Source of the DNA: Promethearchaeia archaeon
GTDB lineage: Archaea; Asgardarchaeota; Lokiarchaeia; Sigyniarchaeales; SOKP01
Length of the DNA: 64,000 nt
NCBI GenBank assembly: GCA_046483985.1
Contig: JAWOCD010000075.1
Coordinates: 32,001-96,000 of the forward strand
Direction of reading: 5' to 3'
In this document: positions 49,384 to 57,836 of the stretch, piece after piece
Layout of the letters: each line of letters starts with the position of its first letter
Numbering within the stretch: position 1 is the stretch's first letter
Translations under genes and position numbers: made by a program
Notes under the pieces: model-generated
Told to the model about the DNA's origin: nothing
The model's input: only the letters and a program-made list of their open reading frames with translations
Database searches by the model: none

Positions 49384-49563
49384 GTTTCAAATAGATCTTT
49401 ATTTTTTGTCCGAAAAAAACAAGTGGTAGGTGGGATCCTATTCTCTCATTTTATTAGGCAAAAATATATTTAAATTTAAAAACTATAAATTCTATATAAT
49501 TTTTATAACAACGTTAATTATAATATTTAAAAAAAATAAAAGATCTGGAGAAAAGCACGTTCT

Positions 49564-49935
49564 ATGGAAGCATCTACACCAGAAACTCTCGATGATATAT
49601 TGAAGAAGCTATTAGCGAGTATACCAGAGGTTAAATCAGCTGCCGTTGTAAGTGTCGAAGGACTTCCGATTGCCTCCGTGTTACCGCAAGGAGTTGATGA
49701 GACGCGTATAGCAGCGATGACAGCAGCAATTCTCTCCTTGGGAGAACGAGCCGCTATGGAGATGAATAAGGGAGACCTTCAGCAGATCTACGTAAAGGGA
49801 AGTAACGGATATTTACTGGTCTTAGAGGCTGGAAAGAATGCCGTACTCACTGTTTCTACAACAAGCGATGTGCGTTTAGGATTAATCTTTCTGGATTGCA
49901 AACGGACATGTCAAAAAATTGAGAAACTTATCTAA
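49564..49935 (+). CDS. Roadblock/LC7 (MglB-like) protein
   Basis: AAVVSVEGLPIAS, RIAAMTAAILSLGER, QIYVKG..GY, LGLIFLD. Confidence 0.93.
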   Translation: MEASTPETLDDILKKLLASIPEVKSAAVVSVEGLPIASVLPQGVDETRIAAMTAAILSLGERAAMEMNKGDLQQIYVKGSNGYLLVLEAGKNAVLTVSTTSDVRLGLIFLDCKRTCQKIEKLI

Positions 49936-50097
49936 TTTTAGTTGTTTTTTTTCTGATGCAATGAAATCCTATTTAGAAGGATGAAAACCGTAAACTATTA
50001 ATTTTAAGATTCATTATGTCTCTTATCTTAATTTATTAAATAAACAAATACTTGGAAAACTCGAAGGATATTATCTATATCAAGGAATTGGGTAATT

Positions 50098-50688
50098 ATG
50101 TTTAAACTTTATACCATTCAAGCCAAGATTGAAATCCCGCCTTTTTTATTTTCTCAGCCGAAGCGGGTATCAGCGAGGATTATACTCAGTGAGGATTATG
50201 AGGGTATAATCACGAGGAATTACGGTTTTATCATTTCTATTGTCGATGTATTGGAAGTAGGGGAAGGGGTCATTATTCCGGGAAATGCAAGCACTTTCCA
50301 TGAAGTGGAATTTACCATTCTTGCCTTTAAACCGTCCATTTCTGAAGTTGTCGAAGGAATCATCGTGGAAATCGTAGATTTTGGGGCATTTCTCAGATTA
50401 GGACCATTAGATGGGCTTATCCATGTGTCTCAAATCTGTGATGATTATATTACATATGAACAACCAGCGAATCGATTTATGGGAAAAGAAACAGGAAAAA
50501 TTCTCGAAGTAAATGATACCGTTCGCGCACGTATAATAGCGGTGTCTTTAGGAACTGGCAGGAGCGGAAAATTAGGTTTGACAATGCGTCAGAAGTTTTT
50601 GGGAAAAGATGCTTGGATTGAGGAGGATATCGAACAAGTGTACGAAGATAAAAAAGAATCCCCTGAAGGGGGAGAGAAAAAAGATTAA
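50098..50688 (+). CDS. rpo7: RNA polymerase subunit Rpo7 (E')
   Basis: GEGVIIPG, FGAFLRLGPLDGLIHVSQI (S1 domain), LTMRQ.FLG. Confidence 0.96.
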   Translation: MFKLYTIQAKIEIPPFLFSQPKRVSARIILSEDYEGIITRNYGFIISIVDVLEVGEGVIIPGNASTFHEVEFTILAFKPSISEVVEGIIVEIVDFGAFLRLGPLDGLIHVSQICDDYITYEQPANRFMGKETGKILEVNDTVRARIIAVSLGTGRSGKLGLTMRQKFLGKDAWIEEDIEQVYEDKKESPEGGEKKD

Positions 50689-50781
50689 TCAAATTTTTAA
50701 TTAAGTGTGCCAATTTCCTAAAAAATAAAAGCCTCAGCACGATTATATACATAAGTAAATCTTAAGGAGTGAATAAATAAT

Positions 50782-50970
50782 ATGACAGAAAAAGCATGTA
50801 AGCAGTGTCATTTGATTACAAAAAATGAAACTCTGTGCCCTAAGTGCAAAACGCATACACTTAGTGAGGATTTTAATGGAGAGGTTATCATTCTGAAACC
50901 TGAAGAGTCCAAAATTGCAGAATATTTAAAGATTTTGGTTCCTGGAAAATATGCTCTGAGAGTACGATAG
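50782..50970 (+). CDS. spt4: Transcription elongation factor Spt4 (RpoE'')
   Basis: ACKQCH...CPKC, SKIAE, PGKYALRVR; directly after rpo7. Confidence 0.95.
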   Translation: MTEKACKQCHLITKNETLCPKCKTHTLSEDFNGEVIILKPEESKIAEYLKILVPGKYALRVR

Positions 50971-51090
50971 ATCTTTTTATTGTGAAAATCAGAAAGCAAG
51001 CTGCTCAGTAATTTGTCTCTATTTTTATATTATCATCTATTTCATAGGTCAGAATAAAGCTTTTTTAACCATACTAATTTTAATTAATTC

Positions 51091-51699
51091 ATGGATATTG
51101 AGATAGATCATGATTTAAAGTTACCCCTGGATAAACGCCATGTGTTCGCAAAGCCATTGGATATGCTCATTGCTGGAAATCGAGAAGAAACCATCTTGCA
51201 AGTGGAAAACCTCTTGAAAGATTACTTGAACAAGAAGGAAGAACAAGAAGAGGTCAACTATTATCTTGTTGGGGATATTGTAGCGGAGGACTTCTTATCT
51301 TCCCCCTCTTTGGCAGAACACGTAAATCTGTGTATAATCGATGAGAAAACCCAAAGAAAAAAGATTAAAATGGAATCAAAAACCAAGTTTGAACAGATTA
51401 TTGAATTTGAAAACCCAGCAGGCCTTATTGTACAGAAAAGTTGGGCTATCATCAAAAACGCGCTGGACACACACAAAAAAACGTTAATTAAAATCACAGA
51501 AGGAGAAGAGGATCTTCTTCTTATTCCGCTGGTACTTCTTCTCCCTTTGGGGCAGGAAAGAACCCATTTTGTATTTTACGGCCAACCGCCTATAACAGAT
51601 GCCAATCTCACCATTCCCCAAGGCATTGTCGTGGTAAAGGTGGATGAAAAGATCCAACAGGAAGTTAAAAATATGCTCTCTTATTTGAAAATCGTCTAA
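51091..51699 (+). CDS. GTP-dependent dephospho-CoA kinase (DUF359 family)
   Basis: VGDIV, IIDEKTQR, NPAG, GEEDLL, YGQP; conserved position between spt4 and rps24e. Confidence 0.88.
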   Translation: MDIEIDHDLKLPLDKRHVFAKPLDMLIAGNREETILQVENLLKDYLNKKEEQEEVNYYLVGDIVAEDFLSSPSLAEHVNLCIIDEKTQRKKIKMESKTKFEQIIEFENPAGLIVQKSWAIIKNALDTHKKTLIKITEGEEDLLLIPLVLLLPLGQERTHFVFYGQPPITDANLTIPQGIVVVKVDEKIQQEVKNMLSYLKIV

Positions 51700-51716
51700 A
51701 TCTCTCTTTTATTTGT

Positions 51717-51911
51717 TCATCTGGTTGTTTTTTTCCGCAAGATAAAACAAATTATGAATACCCCAACATTTATGATGATAGTGACTACATAGATAACTAA
51801 AAGGATGCCGGTCAGGATATTTTCCAGCCAAAAATAGAGGAAAGTGAGAACACATAGAGATATCAGATTGAGAATCAAAAAAGCAGTTCCACGAGATTGT
51901 TTAATATTCAT
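51717..51911 (-). CDS. Small two-TM membrane protein
   Basis: 64-aa hydrophobic ORF with a basic C-terminus, filling an intergenic gap. Confidence 0.55.
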   Translation of the reverse strand: MNIKQSRGTAFLILNLISLCVLTFLYFWLENILTGILLVIYVVTIIINVGVFIICFILRKKTTR

Positions 51912-52016
51912 TAAAATAGATTAAAAAAGCAAAATTTTAATTTTTATCTATTATTTTATAAATTCAATACATAGAAATTAGATAATAATTTATAATTTGA
52001 GAAAGGAAGATTTACG

Positions 52017-52379
52017 TTGCCATTTGAATTAGAAGTTTTAGAAGAGAAAGAAAATCCTCTTATTGACAGGACGGAATTTAAAGTAAAGGTGGATCATTTT
52101 GGGGAAGGAACTCCAAACCGTTTGGATGTACGGAAAAAGTTTGCCGCTACTCAAAACGCGAAGGAAAAATTAACTATTATTAAAAAGATCAAAAATTATT
52201 ATGGAGTAGCTCATGCCATAGCAAGAATTTATATTTATGAAAAAGCAGAAGATTTAAAATATTTTGAACCATTTCATATTCAAGTCCGAAACCTCCCCAT
52301 TGAAAAAAGAGAGGAAATTTATAAACTGAAACGTAAAAATGAGCCTTATCAACATTTATTAAAAATTGAAAATGATTAG
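52017..52379 (+). CDS. rps24e: Ribosomal protein eS24
   Basis: ENPLIDRTE, GTPNR, YG...ARIY; TTG start. Confidence 0.92.
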   Translation: MPFELEVLEEKENPLIDRTEFKVKVDHFGEGTPNRLDVRKKFAATQNAKEKLTIIKKIKNYYGVAHAIARIYIYEKAEDLKYFEPFHIQVRNLPIEKREEIYKLKRKNEPYQHLLKIEND

Positions 52380-52394
52380 GAGAGGTAAGCATAT

Positions 52395-52637
52395 ATGACA
52401 AAAACTTCAAAATATTTCAAAGTGGAAGAAAATAAGCTTATTCGGACCCACAGAACATGTCCAAAATGTGGAGAAGGATACTATTTGGCAGATCATTATG
52501 ATCGGCAATCTTGCGGTAAATGCGGTTATACCATTTTTAAACGAAGCTCAAAGAAAGGAAAACGGATTAAACGCCGTACATCTTCTCGCAGGTCACGTTC
52601 CCGAAGAAAATCTCGAACAAGAGAAAAAAATAAGTAA
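52395..52637 (+). CDS. rps27ae: Ribosomal protein eS31 (S27ae)
   Basis: CPKCGEG..LADH.DR..CGKCGYT. Confidence 0.95.
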   Translation: MTKTSKYFKVEENKLIRTHRTCPKCGEGYYLADHYDRQSCGKCGYTIFKRSSKKGKRIKRRTSSRRSRSRRKSRTREKNK

Positions 52638-52711
52638 TTTTTTAGCTTTTATTCTATTTCTCTATTTGTATCCTTTTTTAAGCTAATTTAACGAGTATTT
52701 TTAAGGATTTT

Positions 52712-53740
52712 ATGACGCAAAATAACCAAAAAAAATGCCTTGGAATCGAATCCACTGCACATACTTTTGGTGTCGGAATCGTTGATTTTTCCGGAATCGT
52801 GTTAAGTCGCATAAATGAGGTATTTGTTCCCGAAGAAGGAGGGCTCCATCCCGTCCTGGTCAGGGAACATCATTTAAATAAATTCGATAAAGTAATTAAA
52901 AAAGCTTTAGATGAGGCTGGCATTTCGATAAAAGAGATTGATCTTATTGCGTTTAGCCAAAGCCCTGGCTTAGGTCCCGTACTTAAGGTTGGAGCTTTAG
53001 TGGCGAGAATGCTCAGTGAATTTCTTGATATTCCTCTTGTGGGTGTAAACCATTGTGTAGCCCACATAGAAATAGGAAGATTAAAATGCAATATTGAGGA
53101 TCCGCTGACTTTGTATGTGAGTGGAGGAAATACAATTATAAGCGCTTTTGAGGCAAAACATTATCAGATTTTTGGTGAAACCTTAGATTTGGCAATTGGG
53201 AATATGATTGATTCGTTTGCACGAGAAGTGGGAATTTCCCATCCTGGCGGCCCAAAAATAGAAAAGTTGGCGAAAGATAACGAATCTGAGCGAAAATATA
53301 TGCAATTGCCGTATGTTGTCAAGGGAATGGATCTCTCCTTCTCGGGGCTTTTTACAGCAGCCCGAAGATTAATAGAATCACCTGATTATAATAAAAAATA
53401 TAATCTAAATGATGTGGCCTTTTCCATTCAAGAAACTGCCTTTGCAATGTTAACTGAAGTGACGGAACGTGCCTTAGCACACACCGGTAAAAAGGAGGTT
53501 TTATTAACGGGCGGTGTCGCCGCCAATAGACGCCTTCAAAACATGATTAAGTATATCGCCGAAGAGCACGATACCCAGTTTGAAGTAGTTCCATTAAATT
53601 TAGCAGGTGACAATGGCGCAATGATTGCATGGACAGGTATTTTGCGCTATAAAGGTGAAGGACCCCATAAAATAGAGGACACAATTATTAAAGCAAAGGA
53701 ACGGATGGATAATATCGCTATTCCATGGAGGGATGGATGA
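52712..53740 (+). CDS. kae1: KEOPS t6A synthase Kae1
   Basis: GIESTAHT, VNHCVAHIE, VSGGNT, GETLD, GGVAAN, DNGAMIA. Confidence 0.97.
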   Translation: MTQNNQKKCLGIESTAHTFGVGIVDFSGIVLSRINEVFVPEEGGLHPVLVREHHLNKFDKVIKKALDEAGISIKEIDLIAFSQSPGLGPVLKVGALVARMLSEFLDIPLVGVNHCVAHIEIGRLKCNIEDPLTLYVSGGNTIISAFEAKHYQIFGETLDLAIGNMIDSFAREVGISHPGGPKIEKLAKDNESERKYMQLPYVVKGMDLSFSGLFTAARRLIESPDYNKKYNLNDVAFSIQETAFAMLTEVTERALAHTGKKEVLLTGGVAANRRLQNMIKYIAEEHDTQFEVVPLNLAGDNGAMIAWTGILRYKGEGPHKIEDTIIKAKERMDNIAIPWRDG

Positions 53741-54441
53741 CTATGAAACCGATAAATGATGCTGAGATGAATAGCAGTATCAGAAGAATGGATTTAATTA
53801 GTATGGGGGCAGAAGCCTATTTGTATGAAGGCTCTTGGTTTGAACGGCATGTAATTTTTAAACATCGCATTTCGAAACAATACAGGTTAAAGGAACTCGA
53901 TGATAAAATAAGAATTAAACGAACCTTGAATGAAGCCAGAGCTTTGATTAAGATAAAAAAGTATGGAGTAAACGTTCCGCAAGTTTTCGAAATCGATACG
54001 GTCAATATGACCATTGTAATGCAATTTATCGAAGGAGAAAAACTGAGATCGGTCTTAGATACATTGTCACGCGAACAAAAGGACACTTATTTCAAAAAGC
54101 TCGGCAATTTTATTGCAATATTACATCAAAACGGCCATATCCACGGTGATATCACCACTAGTAATGTAATTATCACCCCACAAGAGGAGATCTTCTTGGT
54201 GGATTTCGGATTACATGAATATTCTGATTCTATTGAAGATAAAAGCGTTGATTTACATCTTTTGAAACGAGTGCTGTTAAGTTCCCATGCAACACATTTT
54301 AAACAGTGTTTTCCACCATTTCTTAACGGTTATCGTGAAATGTATAAAAATTTTGATGAAAGGAAAGCAGAACATATTATTCGTAATATTTCTGCCATAG
54401 AATCTCGCGGAAGATATGTTAAAAAAGAAGAACGCCTCTAA
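53737..54441 (+). CDS. bud32: KEOPS kinase/ATPase Bud32
   Basis: GAEA, K.YR..ELD, HGDITTSN, DFGL, VDL, RGRY; ATGA overlap with the kae1 stop. Confidence 0.95.
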   Translation: MTMKPINDAEMNSSIRRMDLISMGAEAYLYEGSWFERHVIFKHRISKQYRLKELDDKIRIKRTLNEARALIKIKKYGVNVPQVFEIDTVNMTIVMQFIEGEKLRSVLDTLSREQKDTYFKKLGNFIAILHQNGHIHGDITTSNVIITPQEEIFLVDFGLHEYSDSIEDKSVDLHLLKRVLLSSHATHFKQCFPPFLNGYREMYKNFDERKAEHIIRNISAIESRGRYVKKEERL

Positions 54442-54730
54442 ATTCTCTGTTTCCGCTTTAAATTCAATCTTTTCATATCCCATTCTTGTATAAAAATTTT
54501 TAAAAATCTTTTTATACGCAATAAAATAATGTTCATTTGTTTATATAATGCATCAAAATAGGATTCAGCCTAATTAATTTAAGAAACAACTTTTATATAT
54601 TAAATTATCTTAATATAATTAACGAGAAAAGTAAGTTTCGCTTCAAAAGGGCTTTTACGCTTTTATCATATTTAAGCATTTGTAAATATAATTAAATTTG
54701 TTTGGAATAACTCCAGTAGGTACCCTCATT

Positions 54731-54922
54731 ATGGCTAAAAAGAAAAAAAAATCACCCATGCAAAACATCTCGATAAATCTTCCTGAAATTTATTTAAAGA
54801 ATATTCAAAAACTAATTGATTTAGATTTGATACCCAACCGTTCTGAGGCTGTACGTACGGCTATCAGAGAATTCTTACACGAAGAGTATAAAAATCTGAA
54901 CCTACTGGGTTTTTTTGATTAA
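54731..54922 (+). CDS. Ribbon-helix-helix (CopG/Arc/MetJ) protein
   Basis: NISINLPE...NRSEAVRTAIREFL. Confidence 0.85.
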   Translation: MAKKKKKSPMQNISINLPEIYLKNIQKLIDLDLIPNRSEAVRTAIREFLHEEYKNLNLLGFFD

Positions 54923-54996
54923 TGATTAATAGAATTAGTTTAAAAAGAATAATAGAATTTTTTTCTAAAGAATACTTAAAAAAAGATTAATTGCTT

Positions 54997-55221
54997 TTAT
55001 CTTATTTTCCGTGCTTCCCTTTCCACTTCGCGGAGTATGACCATATCATCAACTCGAACAGGCCCTTTTACATTTCGGGTTAATATCCTATTTTTATCCC
55101 TGCCTTCGAGGATTCTGACTTTCACTTGGGTTAGTTCTCCCGTGAGTCCTGTTCTTCCAATAATCTGAATAACTTGGGCGGGAACAGAATTATCATCGTA
55201 AAGGGATTTCTTTTTACTCAC
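54997..55221 (-). CDS. rps28e: Ribosomal protein eS28
   Basis: [25 protein letters not shown]; GTG start. Confidence 0.97.
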   Translation of the reverse strand: MSKKKSLYDDNSVPAQVIQIIGRTGLTGELTQVKVRILEGRDKNRILTRNVKGPVRVDDMVILREVEREARKIR

Positions 55222-55234
55222 CTTGAGTCACCTT

Positions 55235-55603
55235 CTATTTTAATTCTTCCGTTCTTTGAATAATTTCCTCTAAAATACCTTTATTTCCTTTCCCCACATT
55301 TTCTACCGCGACACTTGACGAAGACACATTTATTCCGATTGCTTTTCCCAAATCTTTTTGTTTTGAGATATAGGCGTAAGGAATTTTTTTCTCTTCACAG
55401 AGTAATGGGATATGATATAAAATTTCTGGAGGGGTAACGTCCTCAGCCATGACCACCAATTGGGCATTCTTCCGCTCAATTGATTTTGTGACTTCATTTA
55501 AACCAGCGCGGATTTTTCCCCCATCCGATTCTGCAATAATGCTTAGAGTATTCTTAATTTGCTCCTTTAATTTTTCGGGGAGTTCAACTTTTATATAGCT
55601 CAT
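55235..55603 (-). CDS. rpl7ae: Ribosomal protein eL8/L7Ae
   Basis: G.NEVTKSIER, AEDVTPPEI..H.PLLCEEK.IPY. Confidence 0.97.
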   Translation of the reverse strand: MSYIKVELPEKLKEQIKNTLSIIAESDGGKIRAGLNEVTKSIERKNAQLVVMAEDVTPPEILYHIPLLCEEKKIPYAYISKQKDLGKAIGINVSSSSVAVENVGKGNKGILEEIIQRTEELK

Positions 55604-55793
55604 TTTATTTTAACTCGTGTTTTCTCATTCAAATATATTGTTTAGAATATATTATCATAAATCATCGATTTTAATGATAAAAGAATTAATTTAAGATATT
55701 AAATAAAATTTGTGGTTATTAGAGAAAAAAGCGGAATATATAGTTGTAACTGATAAAGAGATTTGTTTAATATCCGAGATTTTAAGAGATTTT

Positions 55794-55994
55794 TTATTGC
55801 AGTCGAGGAAACTCTAAAAGTTCATCGATTAAATCCACATGGGATACGATCATCCGTCTGCAGCAAAAGCGCTCAAGCCCTAACTCTTCAAATGCTTCAT
55901 CTGAACTGATTCCCTTTTTTTTGTATTCTAAATAGGGTTTATAGAGGCTTGCGATTTCCTTTCCACAGCTGAAACATCTTATAGGCACAATCAT
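55794..55994 (-). CDS. rpo10: RNA polymerase subunit Rpo10 (N)
   Basis: PIRCFSCGK...LG..R.CCRRM..SHVD. Confidence 0.97.
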   Translation of the reverse strand: MIVPIRCFSCGKEIASLYKPYLEYKKKGISSDEAFEELGLERFCCRRMIVSHVDLIDELLEFPRLQ

Positions 55995-56122
55995 TGATTT
56001 TTTTATCTCTAAACAATATTTATTTATAGTATTAATTTAAAATTTACAATGTACTGTCAATTAATAAGGCAACATAAGATTAAAATTTTATGGTATGATT
56101 TTAATTGGAAGAGAAAAATAAA

Positions 56123-56305
56123 TTATTCTTTCCCGTAATGCTTGGTCCATCTGGTCTTACGGGGGTTTTTCTTGTACACTAATTGAGCTTTACGGCATTT
56201 ATTGGAGCAAAAATTGAAGATTGAACCATTATTTTTCACATACATAACTCCTCTACCAATAGGTATATCCTTTCCGCAAAAGGAACATTTCTTGACCTTA
56301 GCCAA
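56123..56305 (-). CDS. rpl24e: Ribosomal protein eL24
   Basis: CSFCG..I..G.G.MYV, FCSNKC, PRK..WT; TTG start. Confidence 0.96.
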   Translation of the reverse strand: MAKVKKCSFCGKDIPIGRGVMYVKNNGSIFNFCSNKCRKAQLVYKKNPRKTRWTKHYGKE

Positions 56306-56316
56306 CTTAACTCAAC

Positions 56317-56718
56317 TCACTCCGATTCCTCTTCTTGGTCTATATTGAATAATTCTGTCTTACCGAACTCTTCAACGACTACATTAATTAATGTCATATC
56401 TGCGGTTATTTCATTTCCACGCAGTGTTTTTCTCCGTTTTGCACCTTCCCGTTTTGGTTTATAACCTACACCTTTCTTAGAAACTAAGACCTTCTTCTTT
56501 ACAGGTCCGTGTATATCCTTTCTCATAGGAAATCCGCTTGAATCCGAACCACCGGTTATTTTAAATTCATATCCTGGAAATCCAATTAAATCTCCCTTGA
56601 TAGTGTCTCCGATTTTCATGCCTTCAAAACGGAACTTGCTTTCATCAAGTTCTATTTTACGGGATAATCCTTTTGCATCTCCAGAGTTGGCGGAAATGTT
56701 GAGTCTATAGACTGAAAT
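56317..56718 (-). CDS. rps6e: Ribosomal protein eS6, extended to a probable ATT start (133 aa)
   Basis: ITGGSD.SGFPMR, RRKTLRGN. The frame stays open 33 codons upstream of the track ORF to ATT at 56718, with GGTGA 6 nt before it and an in-frame TGA just upstream. Confidence 0.9.
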   Translation of the reverse strand: MSVYRLNISANSGDAKGLSRKIELDESKFRFEGMKIGDTIKGDLIGFPGYEFKITGGSDSSGFPMRKDIHGPVKKKVLVSKKGVGYKPKREGAKRRKTLRGNEITADMTLINVVVEEFGKTELFNIDQEEESE

Positions 56719-56887
56719 CTTTCTTCACCAAATTAATTTTAAAATATTGTTTAACACTATAAATATTTAAAATAATAAATATTTTTTGCTTTCTATAAGT
56801 CTAAGTCTTAAAGAACAAAGATAATAATATTATATAATCATAAATCATAATTAAATATAGAGAGAGCATTGCAATAAGAGGTTTCAA

Positions 56888-57730
56888 ATGCAAATATTTA
56901 AAACGATCATCTTAAAAAAATACCCTTATATGAAAACAGAGGAAGTAACAGAGGGAGAAACCGTAAAAGAAATATTAAAAGCCCCCGACCATCAAGACCA
57001 TGTATATTTATTAGTTGACCATGATAAAAAGCGAATTTTGACCTATAATGGTCCCAAAAGCAGCCTTAAGTTACAAATTTATGGAGGAATCCTTGCTCAT
57101 AAATTACGGATCCAACTCCGGGGATTTTATCGCATATTTCTGCTCAATCGCCATTTAATGGACTCTGACTTCTTTACAGAAGCCTTGAAAAGCCCCTTGG
57201 GCGGTGGAAGAGCCGAAGAAATTACCGAATCTGATTTTACCGAGCAACACGAATTAGAACAAAAAAGAAAAACTCTCTCAGTTCACCAAGACTTGCAGGT
57301 AAATGAAGCCCTAAATTATATTAAGGAACTTCCAAAACCAGAAGGTCTTAGACGAGAGTGTATTCTAATAGGAAATAATATATTTGTCGACGAGAAAAAA
57401 ACAAAGGCGCTTATCACTGATAAGAAAGAAGAGAAAACCATAAAAAAGATGGGAAAACTCAATACTGGCTTTACTTTTTTCGGGGACAGAAAATATTCTA
57501 CTCGCCTAATTATAAGGAACAAAAAAGTGCAAGGAATTGAACTTTTTGTTCCCAAAGACAATAAATCCGAAAAAATTCTCAGCCTCAAAGTCCCCGTTAT
57601 ATATGACGAAAAAGTTTCACAGTCTCGAGATATCAATCAACTCGTGAAGGCCTTTAATATCCCGGAAGAATACCCGGGAGATGACCAAGATACTCACGGA
57701 GAGCCTCACGCCACGTCTTCTCCTTCTTAA
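56888..57730 (+). CDS. Hypothetical protein with a gelsolin-like N-terminal domain
   Basis: DHVYLLVDHDKKRILTYNGPKSS...A resembles the gelsolin D-x-F/Y-I-L-D...I-x-x-W-x-G-x-x-S pattern. Confidence 0.55.
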   Translation: MQIFKTIILKKYPYMKTEEVTEGETVKEILKAPDHQDHVYLLVDHDKKRILTYNGPKSSLKLQIYGGILAHKLRIQLRGFYRIFLLNRHLMDSDFFTEALKSPLGGGRAEEITESDFTEQHELEQKRKTLSVHQDLQVNEALNYIKELPKPEGLRRECILIGNNIFVDEKKTKALITDKKEEKTIKKMGKLNTGFTFFGDRKYSTRLIIRNKKVQGIELFVPKDNKSEKILSLKVPVIYDEKVSQSRDINQLVKAFNIPEEYPGDDQDTHGEPHATSSPS

Positions 57731-57836
57731 ACTCTAAATCAATTGAATAATCTCAAGATTAATATTCTAATAATATCTCATTATAAATATAAGCATTAGA
57801 AATATTATTTAAAAAAAATTTATGTGATGAAACTTT

